Below, piece after piece: positions 28,849 to 36,514 of a stretch of DNA of 64,000 bases. The translations under genes were made by a program, and so were the position numbers. The stretch is from NCBI GenBank assembly GCA_035940855.1, contig DASZEM010000012.1, positions 130,791-194,790 of the forward strand, written 5' to 3'. The DNA comes from Thermoanaerobaculia bacterium. Its GTDB lineage: Bacteria; Acidobacteriota; Thermoanaerobaculia; Multivoradales; UBA5704. Position 1 is the first letter of the stretch. Every line of letters starts with the position of its first letter. The notes below the pieces were generated by a model that was not told the DNA's origin, made no database searches, and saw nothing but the letters and a program-made list of their open reading frames with translations.

Positions 28849-30335
28849 TCTATTACTCCGTCCTGGGGGTGCTTTCGTTCTACGGGCTCCACCGCCTGGT
28901 CCTGGTGGGGCTCTACCTGCGCACCCGCAAGCGCAGGGTGCCGCCGCCGGAGCTGCCGGCGGACCCGGGAGCCTGGCCCGTGGTCACGGTACAGTTGCCA
29001 CTCTACAACGAGATGTACGTGGCCGGGCGGCTGATCGACGCCGTCTGCCGGCTCGACTGGCCCGCGGACCGGCTGGAGATCCAGGTCCTCGACGACTCCA
29101 CGGACGAGACCACCGACATCGCCGCCCGCGCCGTGGCCGCCTGGCGGGCGCGGGGCGTTGACATCCACCACCTTCACCGCGCGGACCGGACGGGCTTCAA
29201 GGCCGGCGCCCTGGAAGCGGGCCTCGCCCAGGCCCGCGGCGAGCTCCTGGCGATCTTCGACGCCGACTTCGTGCCCGCGCCGGATTTCCTCAGGAAGTCC
29301 GTCCCCTGGTTCGCCGATCCCGCCATCGGCATGGTCCAGGGGAGTTGGGCGCACATCAACCGCGGCTACTCGCTGCTCACCCGGGTCGAGGCCCTCCTGC
29401 TCGACGGCCACTTCAGGATCGAGCACGCCGCCCGCAACCGCGCGGGCTGCTTCTTCAACTTCAACGGCACGGCCGGCGTCTGGCGCCGCCAGGCCATCGA
29501 GACCTCAGGCGGCTGGGAGCACGACACGCTGACCGAGGACCTCGACCTCTCCTACCGCGCCCAGCTCGAGGGCTGGAAGTTCCTCTACCTGCCCGAGCTC
29601 GCCGTCCCCTCCGAGCTGCCGGTCGACGCCGCCGGCTTCAAGAGCCAGCAGCACCGGTGGGCCAAGGGGGCCGTGCAGACCGGCCGCAAGCTGCTGGGCA
29701 GGATCCTGCGGGCGCCGCTCCCCTGGCGCGTCAAGGCCGAAGCCTTCATCCACCTCACCAACAACCTCAGCTATCCGCTGATGGTGGTGCTCGCCGTCCT
29801 GATCTTCCCCGCCATGGTGCTGCGCCGGGGGACCTCGGCGCGGATGCTGCTGCTGGTCGACCTGCCGCTGTTCCTCTCGGCCACCGTCTCCGTCCTGGTG
29901 TTCTATCTGCTGAGCCAGGTGGCCGCCGGAGACCGCTGGAAGCGGGAGATCCGCTACCTGCCGGCCCTGATGGGCGTCGGCATCGGCCTCTCCTTGAGCA
30001 ACGCGCGGGCCGTGATCTCCGGGCTCCTCCACCGCGGCGGCACCTTCCATCGCACGCCCAAGTACCGCATCGAGCGGGCCGGCCAGGACTGGTCGGCCCA
30101 GCGCTACCGGACCGGCACGGATCCCACCCGGCCCCTCGAAGCCGTTCTCGCCCTCTACTTCCTGGGCTGCACGGTCTACGCGTGGGTGGATGGAATGTGG
30201 ATGTCCGTCCCCTTCCTCTTCCTCTTCGTCCAGGGCTACGGTTACATGGCCGTGCTGAGCTACCTGCCGTCGCTGCGGGAGCAGTGGCGGGCCGGCGGTA
30301 CCCGAAAGGATCTGATTCGTGGCCGCACCGGCTAA
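28812..30335 (+). CDS. Family 2 glycosyltransferase (processive, cellulose/chitin-synthase-like).
   Basis: 'DDSTDET', 'FDADF' and the 'QQHRWAKG' (QxxRW) motif, with flanking TM helices. The start is taken at MTSFPWAPA, which overlaps the divergent DUF2029 start by about 37 nt. Confidence 0.8.
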   Translation, partial: TSFPWAPALLLAIYYSVLGVLSFYGLHRLVLVGLYLRTRKRRVPPPELPADPGAWPVVTVQLPLYNEMYVAGRLIDAVCRLDWPADRLEIQVLDDSTDETTDIAARAVAAWRARGVDIHHLHRADRTGFKAGALEAGLAQARGELLAIFDADFVPAPDFLRKSVPWFADPAIGMVQGSWAHINRGYSLLTRVEALLLDGHFRIEHAARNRAGCFFNFNGTAGVWRRQAIETSGGWEHDTLTEDLDLSYRAQLEGWKFLYLPELAVPSELPVDAAGFKSQQHRWAKGAVQTGRKLLGRILRAPLPWRVKAEAFIHLTNNLSYPLMVVLAVLIFPAMVLRRGTSARMLLLVDLPLFLSATVSVLVFYLLSQVAAGDRWKREIRYLPALMGVGIGLSLSNARAVISGLLHRGGTFHRTPKYRIERAGQDWSAQRYRTGTDPTRPLEAVLALYFLGCTVYAWVDGMWMSVPFLFLFVQGYGYMAVLSYLPSLREQWRAGGTRKDLIRGRTG

Positions 30336-30344
30336 AATGAGAGC

Positions 30345-30908
30345 ATGGCTTCACTGGAGCGGTATTCCAGCCCCCGCGTGACGTTGAGGCCGGCGGCGCC
30401 GCGGGACGCCGACCTCCTGCGCCAGTGGCGCTCCGAGACGAGCGTGCGGCGGTACCAGCCCCTGAACGAGCTGCCCACCGCGCAGCTGCGGGCCGACGTC
30501 GCGGGCCAGCGCATGGCCGACCTCTACCGCGGCCGGGGCGAGAAGTTCCAGTGGATCGTCCTGGTGGACAGCCAGCCCGCCGGCTGGATCACCCTGGTGG
30601 TGAGCAACTGGGAGCACGGCCTGGCCGAGGTCGGCTACGCCCTCTCGACCGTCTTCCAGAACCGGGGCGTGATGAGCGAAGCCCTGGCCCTGCTGCTGGA
30701 GGACCTCTTCCAGAACACCCTCCTCGAGCGGATCGAGGCCCGCTGCGCCGTCGAGAACCTCGGCTCCCAGCGCGTGCTGGAGAAGAGCGGCTTCGAGCGG
30801 GAAGGCCGCCTGCGCGGCTACTTCAAGCTGCGCGGCCGGCGGATCGACAACTACCTGTACTCCCTCCTGCGCGAAGACTTTCTCAAAGGGCAGAAGGGCG
30901 CGCGCTGA
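30345..30908 (+). CDS. GNAT family N-acetyltransferase (RimJ/RimL-like).
   Basis: 'VMSEALALLLEDLF...ARCAVENLGSQRVLEKSGFEREG' is an acetyl-CoA binding fold. Confidence 0.8.
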   Translation: MASLERYSSPRVTLRPAAPRDADLLRQWRSETSVRRYQPLNELPTAQLRADVAGQRMADLYRGRGEKFQWIVLVDSQPAGWITLVVSNWEHGLAEVGYALSTVFQNRGVMSEALALLLEDLFQNTLLERIEARCAVENLGSQRVLEKSGFEREGRLRGYFKLRGRRIDNYLYSLLREDFLKGQKGAR

Positions 30909-30924
30909 CCGCCACCCCCCGATC

Positions 30925-32598
30925 CTACTTCGGCGGCGCCGCGACGTCCGCCTCCGCCGTGGCCACCTTACCGCTCAACGGATCGTAGACGGCCACCACC
31001 AGGTGGTTGGCCTTGGCCGGCAGCGTGAGCTTGGTCTCGTAGCGCACGAACTTGCCGGGGGACGGCGGCTTGCCGGACGACAGGTTGATCGGCACGACGG
31101 GGATCTCCGAGCCGTTCCCGTCGGGGTCCGAGGCCGCGAAGCGCAGCTCGAGCTGAGCGGCGAACTTGCCGTCGCCGACCGGCACCACCGTCATCGCGTC
31201 CGTCGGCAGGCCCAGGGTCAAGGGGACCTCCAGGTTCTTCCGGGTGCGCACCGGCGTGCCCAGCTTCATCGGCATGGCCAGGGCGCCCGGGAAGCTGCCG
31301 AAGAGCAGGGCGCTCTCGAGCTTCATCGACACCTGGGACTTGCGCGAGAGGTCGAGGAAGTTGGCGCGGGAGCGGACCTCGAGCCCGGGCCGCCGCACTT
31401 CCACTTTCACGGCGTGGCTCCGGTCGTTGCGCTGCCAGGAGGGAGAGAAGCCGAGCCAGTAGTACGAACGGGTGTCCGAGCTGGCGTTCGCCAGCGCCAC
31501 GGTGCGGTTGCTGTTGAGCAGCGGCTTGCCGCCGGTCTCCTTGGCGAGGTAGTACAGGGAGCCTTCGATCTCCTGCTCCCCGAGGCTGGCGAAGCCGCCC
31601 TGGGGCTCCGTGGCGCCGACGCTCGCGGCCTCCGTCTGAGTGCCGGGCACGTCCACCGGATAGAGGGTGTAGCCGAGCAGGTTGGCCGTGCTGGTCAGGG
31701 GGCCCAGGAGGTTCTCGCCGTCCGGCAGGTCCCGGCTCGGCGAGATGGCTTGGTTGCCGCGAATGAAGCTCTGGATCGAGGCCGGCCAGCCGCCCGAGAG
31801 CAGCAGCATCACCTTGCGCCCTTGCGGCGCGGCGAAACCCCGCATCGCGCTCACCGCGGCGCGGACGGCGCCCTGGATCTGCCGGGCCAGGGTGATCCCA
31901 TAGGCGCTCTCCCGGTCGTTGAGGCCCACGTTGGTGACCGCGAGGTCCAGGGGCCTCCCGTCGTCCACCACCGTGCGGGCGAACGCCTCGTCGTTCAGCA
32001 GGGTCCGCCGCTCCGTCAACCGCTCGAGGCCGTGGGACGGCCTCGCGATGGCAAGGTCGAACGCCTTCTCCAGGTCGCCCCGGGATGACGTCCAGTTGGA
32101 GAGCATCGCGAGCCGGCCGCCGTCATAGGCCACGATCGCCATGCGGTCCTCCGGAGCGAGGCGGGCGAGATCGGACTTGAAGGCTTTCAGCACGGCGTTG
32201 CGCTGGTTGGCGATGGCGAAGTAGTCGTCGATGAAGACCAGGTAGTACGTGCCCACCGCTCCCTCGGGAGCCACGCTCTGGACCGTCTCCTTCGCGGCCG
32301 TCCCCTCTTCAGGGGCAGGGGCGGTGGACCGTCCCTCCCGCACCTCCGTGAAGTACTCGACCGGCACGTCCTTGCCGTCCACGCGCAGGCGGAAGTCGCC
32401 CGGCTTCAGGCCCGGCACCCGGTTGCCGTTCTTATCCGTCACCACCACTTCGAGGTTGACGACGCGGACGTCCAGCTCCTCGCCGAACACCGGCGGCGCC
32501 TCGGCCGCCGGCTTCTGCTGGGCCATTGCGGGGAGCACAGGAAGTGAAAGGGTGAGGGCACACGCCGCGGCGGCAAGGCGGAACAGGCGTCTCGTCAT
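30925..32598 (-). CDS. Secreted VWA-domain protein with an N-terminal 'VWFA-related Acidobacterial' (TIGR03436-like) region.
   Basis: Signal peptide, then 'LDVRVVNLEVVVTDKNGNRVPGLKPGDFRLRVDGKDVPVEYF', the hallmark of TIGR03436. A VWA core 'YYLVFIDD...AIVAYDG' follows. Confidence 0.75.
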   Translation of the reverse strand: MTRRLFRLAAAACALTLSLPVLPAMAQQKPAAEAPPVFGEELDVRVVNLEVVVTDKNGNRVPGLKPGDFRLRVDGKDVPVEYFTEVREGRSTAPAPEEGTAAKETVQSVAPEGAVGTYYLVFIDDYFAIANQRNAVLKAFKSDLARLAPEDRMAIVAYDGGRLAMLSNWTSSRGDLEKAFDLAIARPSHGLERLTERRTLLNDEAFARTVVDDGRPLDLAVTNVGLNDRESAYGITLARQIQGAVRAAVSAMRGFAAPQGRKVMLLLSGGWPASIQSFIRGNQAISPSRDLPDGENLLGPLTSTANLLGYTLYPVDVPGTQTEAASVGATEPQGGFASLGEQEIEGSLYYLAKETGGKPLLNSNRTVALANASSDTRSYYWLGFSPSWQRNDRSHAVKVEVRRPGLEVRSRANFLDLSRKSQVSMKLESALLFGSFPGALAMPMKLGTPVRTRKNLEVPLTLGLPTDAMTVVPVGDGKFAAQLELRFAASDPDGNGSEIPVVPINLSSGKPPSPGKFVRYETKLTLPAKANHLVVAVYDPLSGKVATAEADVAAPPK

Positions 32599-32787
32599 GG
32601 CAGATTCCTCCCGGGAGAAGAGTCGCCCCTTTCGGGGGTCCTATCTGCTTTGACGGTTGCCGCAATTCTATTTCACTTCCCGGGGGGAGAGGGGGCCGCT
32701 GATCGTCCCCTGAAAGAGACGGCAGGTTTGTCGAGGAGGACGCCCCCTCCTCTCTTCGTCCGGGAGAGGCGGGGGCGGGACGGGGCC

Positions 32788-33690
32788 TCAGCGGCTCGCC
32801 AGCGTGACGTTGTAGCGCGACCGGAAGCGGTCGGACTGCAGCAAGGTCTCGACCACCTGGCCGATCTCGCCATCCCTCATCCGCCGCAGGTCGGCGTCCC
32901 ACTGGCGGCGGTTGATCTGGTCGGAGGAAACGCCGAGGAAGTTCTTGTACAGGGCCAGCAGCCGCTGCTCGTTGCAGACGCCTTGCTTCTCGTAGACGCG
33001 GATCCGGCTCTCGTCGCTGTCGGCGATGCCGACGGCCGCCCGCACGAGGGCGTCATAACCGCCGCGCTGGATGGCGCTGACCGTACCGCCCGCCCCCGAG
33101 TCCGGCTCGCGCATCAGGATGCCCCGGTAGAGCACCCGGGTCAGCTCGCGGGCCTGCTCCGCGCTCCAGCCCTTCACCACCTCGGCCTCGGAATCCGCGG
33201 GACCCACGGCGATCCGGAAGCTTCCGGAGCGCAGGTTGGAAGGCACCCAGCTCTCGTTGATCTGGTACCGGATGGTCTCCACCCGGTCGCGATTACGGGA
33301 GTCATTGCGGGTATTGCCATTCCGGGTATTGCGGGGATTGACGACCTCCAGGTCCGCCGTCGAGTTCTCCTCGTTCGAGCGGATGATCCGGACGCCGCCC
33401 TGGGACTGGTCCGTGAATTCCGTCTCCGGATAGTAGGGGCCGCGGGCCGAGCCCGTGGGCCGGGCGGTCATGATCAGACGCACCCTCATCCCCTCGGGCA
33501 GCGAGAGCGTCTCGCCATCGTGCACGGTCGCCACGTCCCGCTTGGTGCCGATGTCGCGGACCACGATCTCGACCTCGCCGATGCTGGGGATTCTCGATGG
33601 CTGCGACTGCGCCGCGGCGGGCTGCGCCAGGACCGGGATGAGCAGCGCCGCCAGGGCGGCGGGCAGGAGAATTCTGTGCAGGGACTTCAT
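32788..33690 (-). CDS. Secreted DUF4214-like protein, paralog A of a tandem pair.
   Basis: Start MKSLHRILLPAALAALLIPVLAQPAAAQ with an AGGAGG RBS. The C-terminus has 'LYRGILMREPDSGAGG' and 'ALYKNFLGVSSDQ...SDRF' DUF4214-like repeats. Confidence 0.6.
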   Translation of the reverse strand: MKSLHRILLPAALAALLIPVLAQPAAAQSQPSRIPSIGEVEIVVRDIGTKRDVATVHDGETLSLPEGMRVRLIMTARPTGSARGPYYPETEFTDQSQGGVRIIRSNEENSTADLEVVNPRNTRNGNTRNDSRNRDRVETIRYQINESWVPSNLRSGSFRIAVGPADSEAEVVKGWSAEQARELTRVLYRGILMREPDSGAGGTVSAIQRGGYDALVRAAVGIADSDESRIRVYEKQGVCNEQRLLALYKNFLGVSSDQINRRQWDADLRRMRDGEIGQVVETLLQSDRFRSRYNVTLASR

Positions 33691-33773
33691 GATGTCCTCC
33701 TTGTCGTCTTTTCTGGGATGGACCGGAAGGGACGGCCACGAGCGGGCCGCCCCAGCGCTTCTCGATCGGCCTG

Positions 33774-34649
33774 TTAGTACCGCACGCCCACCAGGTTGTT
33801 CCGTTCGCGGAAGCGGTCGGACTGCACGATGCCCGAGACCACGTCCGCGATGCGGCCCTGGTTCATGAGGTTCAGGTCGGACTGCCACTGCTGGGGGTCC
33901 GCCTGCTCGCGGTTGATGCCCAGGAAGATCTGGTAGAGCGAGGCCAGCCGCTGCTCGGGAGGCGTGGAGCCCAGGCGCGCCCGGCTCTCCTCGCTGTTGG
34001 CCATGCCCACGGCCACCTTCACCAGAGCGTCGTAGCCACCGGTCCGGATGGCGTCGATCGAGCCCTGCGCGCCCGGATCCGGGTCGCGCAGCAGGATGCC
34101 CTGGTAGAGGAGGCGCGTGAGCTGCTCGGCGCGGTCCGCGATGCTGGTCGAGGTGCCCGTCGTGCCCGTGGACCCCGTGGAGGTGCCGGACCCCGGGACG
34201 ACGCGGATGGTGAAGTTGCCCGTCCGCAGGTTGGCCGGCACCCAGGTGTCGGTGATCTGGTAACGGATGGTCTCCGTCCGGTTGCCGCCCTTGGCGTGGC
34301 CGATCACGAGGTCGGCCGTGGAGTTCTCGGCGTTCGAGCGGGTGATGGTCACGCCGCCCCCCGCCTTGGACAGGTCGGAGAACGTCGTGGCGGGGTACTT
34401 CGGTCCGCTGGCCGAGCCCGTGGGCAGGGCCGACATGATCAGCCGCACCCGGCTCCCGGCCGGCAGCTCGACCGTGCCGCCCGGCTCGACGATGGCGATG
34501 TCCTGCTTCGTGTTGATGTCCTTGATCACGACCTCCACCCGGCCGATCGTGGGCTTGTTCCCCTGCGCGAAAGCCACCGCCGCCAGGGCGAGGCTCATCA
34601 GAAGGGTCAAAAGGGTTCGCTTGGCGATCCGCATGATGTTGTCTCCCAT
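33774..34649 (-). CDS. Secreted DUF4214-like protein, paralog B (about 50% identical to paralog A).
   Basis: The signal peptide and domain order match paralog A ('GRVEVVIKDINTKQD...TIRYQITDTWVPANLRTGNF...LYQGILLRDPDPGAQG...VVSGIVQSDRF'). Confidence 0.6.
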   Translation of the reverse strand: MGDNIMRIAKRTLLTLLMSLALAAVAFAQGNKPTIGRVEVVIKDINTKQDIAIVEPGGTVELPAGSRVRLIMSALPTGSASGPKYPATTFSDLSKAGGGVTITRSNAENSTADLVIGHAKGGNRTETIRYQITDTWVPANLRTGNFTIRVVPGSGTSTGSTGTTGTSTSIADRAEQLTRLLYQGILLRDPDPGAQGSIDAIRTGGYDALVKVAVGMANSEESRARLGSTPPEQRLASLYQIFLGINREQADPQQWQSDLNLMNQGRIADVVSGIVQSDRFRERNNLVGVRY

Positions 34650-34714
34650 GAAGTTCTTCCTTGATCTCCAGCGGGTCCTCGACCCTGGCTGGAAGCTCAT
34701 CGCTCCATGGAGAC

Positions 34715-34731
34715 TGCAAGGGTGATGCCGG
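34715..34731 (-). promoter_or_regulatory. Candidate sigma-54 (-24/-12) promoter for the DUF4214-paralog operon.
   Basis: The minus strand reads cGGCATcacccTTGCAg, with GG and GC spaced as in the TGGCAC-N5-TTGCA consensus, about 70 nt upstream of the start codon. It is an imperfect match. Confidence 0.3.
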
Positions 34732-34749
34732 GCGGGGTCCTGGGACGCC

Positions 34750-35081
34750 TTGAAACGCAAGGAGCCCTGTTGAAACACAAAAGCATCCCAAGAGACGCTA
34801 TGGAGGGCTCTTGAGAGCTCCGGAGGCCCCAAGAAACGCTACGAGGGCGTCTGGGAAAGCTCAAGCAACGCCAGGGAACGCTCCCAGGCCGGGAGGGAGC
34901 CTTCCCATCGCCGATGGGAACGCTCTTTCCCGTCTCTTGAACGCACCCTCTCGTTGGTCCAGCGTTCCCATTCGTTTCATCAGCGCTCCCTCTCGTTGTG
35001 GAAGCGTTCCCTCTCGTTGCGGCTGCGCTCCCATTTGTTTCTTCGGTGCTCCCATTTGCGGACGCACCGCTCCCACGGCGG
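34750..35081. repeat. Noncoding palindromic array. About 5-6 degenerate ~20-bp repeats containing GAAACGC/GGGAACGCT are followed by about 6 repeats of the reverse-complement motif (AGCGTTCCC...TCGTT). They are centred on a perfect 19-bp palindrome ttcccatcgccgatgggaa (34902-34920).
   Basis: Read directly from the sequence. GGGAACGCT occurs at about 34875 and 34915, and AGCGTTCCC at about 34960 and 35004, with further degenerate copies. ORFs across it give only repetitive translations. Confidence 0.6.
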
Positions 35082-35171
35082 CTCCGGTGACGGCACACTA
35101 GGGACCTGCCTGAAGGCAGGCGCACCGGCCACTCCCGGCCGCGCTGCCGGCCTGCCTCCAAAGGAGAGGTC

Positions 35172-35441
35172 ATGACCCGCAGCAGAACGTACCGCCGTCT
35201 CGCCGTCGCCGCGCTGATCCTCGTGTTGCTGCTCCCGTCCGCCGCCGGAGCGCGGGAGCCGTGGACGCTCCTCCATTCGGCCGGAGAGCGGAACGTCTTC
35301 GTGGCCCTCTGGGACCTCGTCTCCCAGGTTTTCCAGGGTGGATCGGAGAAGCACCGGGGGCAGATCGATCCGGACGGCCTTACGGGAACCGTTGCGGAAC
35401 CAGACAACGACAACCGGGGACAGATGGATCCCAACGGCTAG
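35172..35441 (+). CDS. Small secreted repeat peptide (89 aa), paralog 1 of 2.
   Basis: AAGGAGAGG RBS. Signal peptide MTRSRTYRRLAVAALILVLLLPSAAGA, a W/F-rich segment, then '...KHRGQIDPDGLTGTVAEPDNDNRGQMDPNG*'. A 10-bp-stem hairpin ggggttctctttcgaagagaaccc lies immediately downstream. Confidence 0.55.
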   Translation: MTRSRTYRRLAVAALILVLLLPSAAGAREPWTLLHSAGERNVFVALWDLVSQVFQGGSEKHRGQIDPDGLTGTVAEPDNDNRGQMDPNG

Positions 35442-35499
35442 AAATACCGGGGTTCTCTTTCGAAGAGAACCCCCGCTACGCCCACGTTCTCCCCGGAGG

Positions 35500-35783
35500 T
35501 CATTTCGCACCGAGCGCGGGATCGGCTTCGACGCCGCTCTCGTCTCGCTCCATCTGGCCGGAGTCTACGCGAAGAAGGCGACACCGCCGAGATGAAGCGG
35601 CTCGCGGCCGAGATGGTCCCCATCTTCCAGTCGCGGGATCTCCATCCGGAGGCGCTGAGCGCCCTGGCGATTTTTCGCCAGGCTGCCGAAGCGGAGACCG
35701 TTACCGCGGGCCTGCTGGAGAAAGTGGCGACTTTTCTCCAGCGGGCTCGGAGGAGCCCGGAGCTGAGGTTTGCGGCGGAGTGA
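35500..35783 (+). pseudogene. Probable gene remnant: the C-terminal fragment of a larger protein, split over two frames.
   Basis: '...ALVSLHLAGVYAKK' in one frame continues as '(EEGDTAE)MKRLAAEMVPIFQSRDLHPEALSALAIFRQAAEAE...' in another. No plausible start or RBS. Confidence 0.25.
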
Positions 35784-35800
35784 AGGAGGAAGCAGGGAAG

Positions 35801-36070
35801 ATGGCTTCCAAGGAGAGGGGTTATACTACGAGTATAAAAACAGCCGTTTCCATTCCTGATGATGTCTTCGAAGAGGCCGAGCGTCTTGCGGCGGAAATGC
35901 AGACCTCTCGCAGTCAGCTTTACAGCCGTGCCCTACAGGAGTTCGTTGCCCGACATGCACCAAACCGCTTGACGGAAGCGATGAATCGCGTAGTCGACGA
36001 GGTAGGAAGCGAGTTCGACGACTTCAGCCGGAGAGCTTCACAGCGAGTGCTGGAGCAGGTCGAGTGGTAA
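35801..36070 (+). CDS. Ribbon-helix-helix type II antitoxin (MazE/PemI-like partner).
   Basis: GAAGGAGGAAG RBS. 'TAVSIPDDVFEEAERLAAEMQTSRSQLYSRALQEFV' is an RHH fold. Codon usage is AT-richer than the flanks. The stop overlaps the downstream toxin start (GTGGTAA). Confidence 0.6.
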   Translation: MASKERGYTTSIKTAVSIPDDVFEEAERLAAEMQTSRSQLYSRALQEFVARHAPNRLTEAMNRVVDEVGSEFDDFSRRASQRVLEQVEW

Positions 36071-36385
36071 TCAGCCAGGGCGAGGTCTGGTGGGCCGATT
36101 TAGGGAGCCAACCGGATCAGGCTCTGGATATCGGCGGCCCGTCGTTGTCGTTCAGTGTGACGCGTTGAATCAAAGTCGAGTCAGCACAGTCGTGTGTGTG
36201 CCGTTGACGAGTAACCTGAAGTGGCAGACGCACCTGGGAATGTGCTGCTGACCGCGAAAGCGACAAGCCTTTCCAAAGACTCCGTAGCCAATGGTTCTCA
36301 GTTCCCCTCATACGCCTCGAAGGCATGTAGGCAGAGAACTGTCGAAAGGGCACGGATTCTCGTCCTCCAATTCCGTACCCACTGA
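36064..36385 (+). pseudogene. MazF/PemK-family toxin gene inactivated by two -1 frameshifts.
   Basis: Frame 1 gives 'VVISQGEVWWADL'. Frame 2 gives 'EPTGSGSGYRRPVVVVQCDALNQSRVSTVVCVPLTSNLKW...*'. Frame 3 gives 'PGNVLLTAKATSLSKDSVANGSQ...'. Stitched together these give a ~108-aa PemK-like protein. Confidence 0.6.
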
Positions 36386-36514
36386 ACCTGGCTCCATAAC
36401 GGAGCCCTGCGGTTTCTGATGAGAGATACCAACTCCTCCAGCCTTGGATCCCTACGGCAATTCTGTATTATAATGGATTGGTGCAAGAATGATCACCAAA
36501 GGAGGCTTGTTGCA

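Noticed and set aside
34750-35081. Possible CRISPR array.
   Set aside because: The repeats are degenerate, about 20 bp, with no unique spacers of regular length. Half of them are in inverted orientation. No cas genes are present.
34697-35434. A 245-aa ORF and several 70-180-aa ORFs across the repeat array.
   Set aside because: The translations simply echo the DNA repeats (…SVPSRCG…). There is no RBS, and the region is better explained as a noncoding palindromic array.
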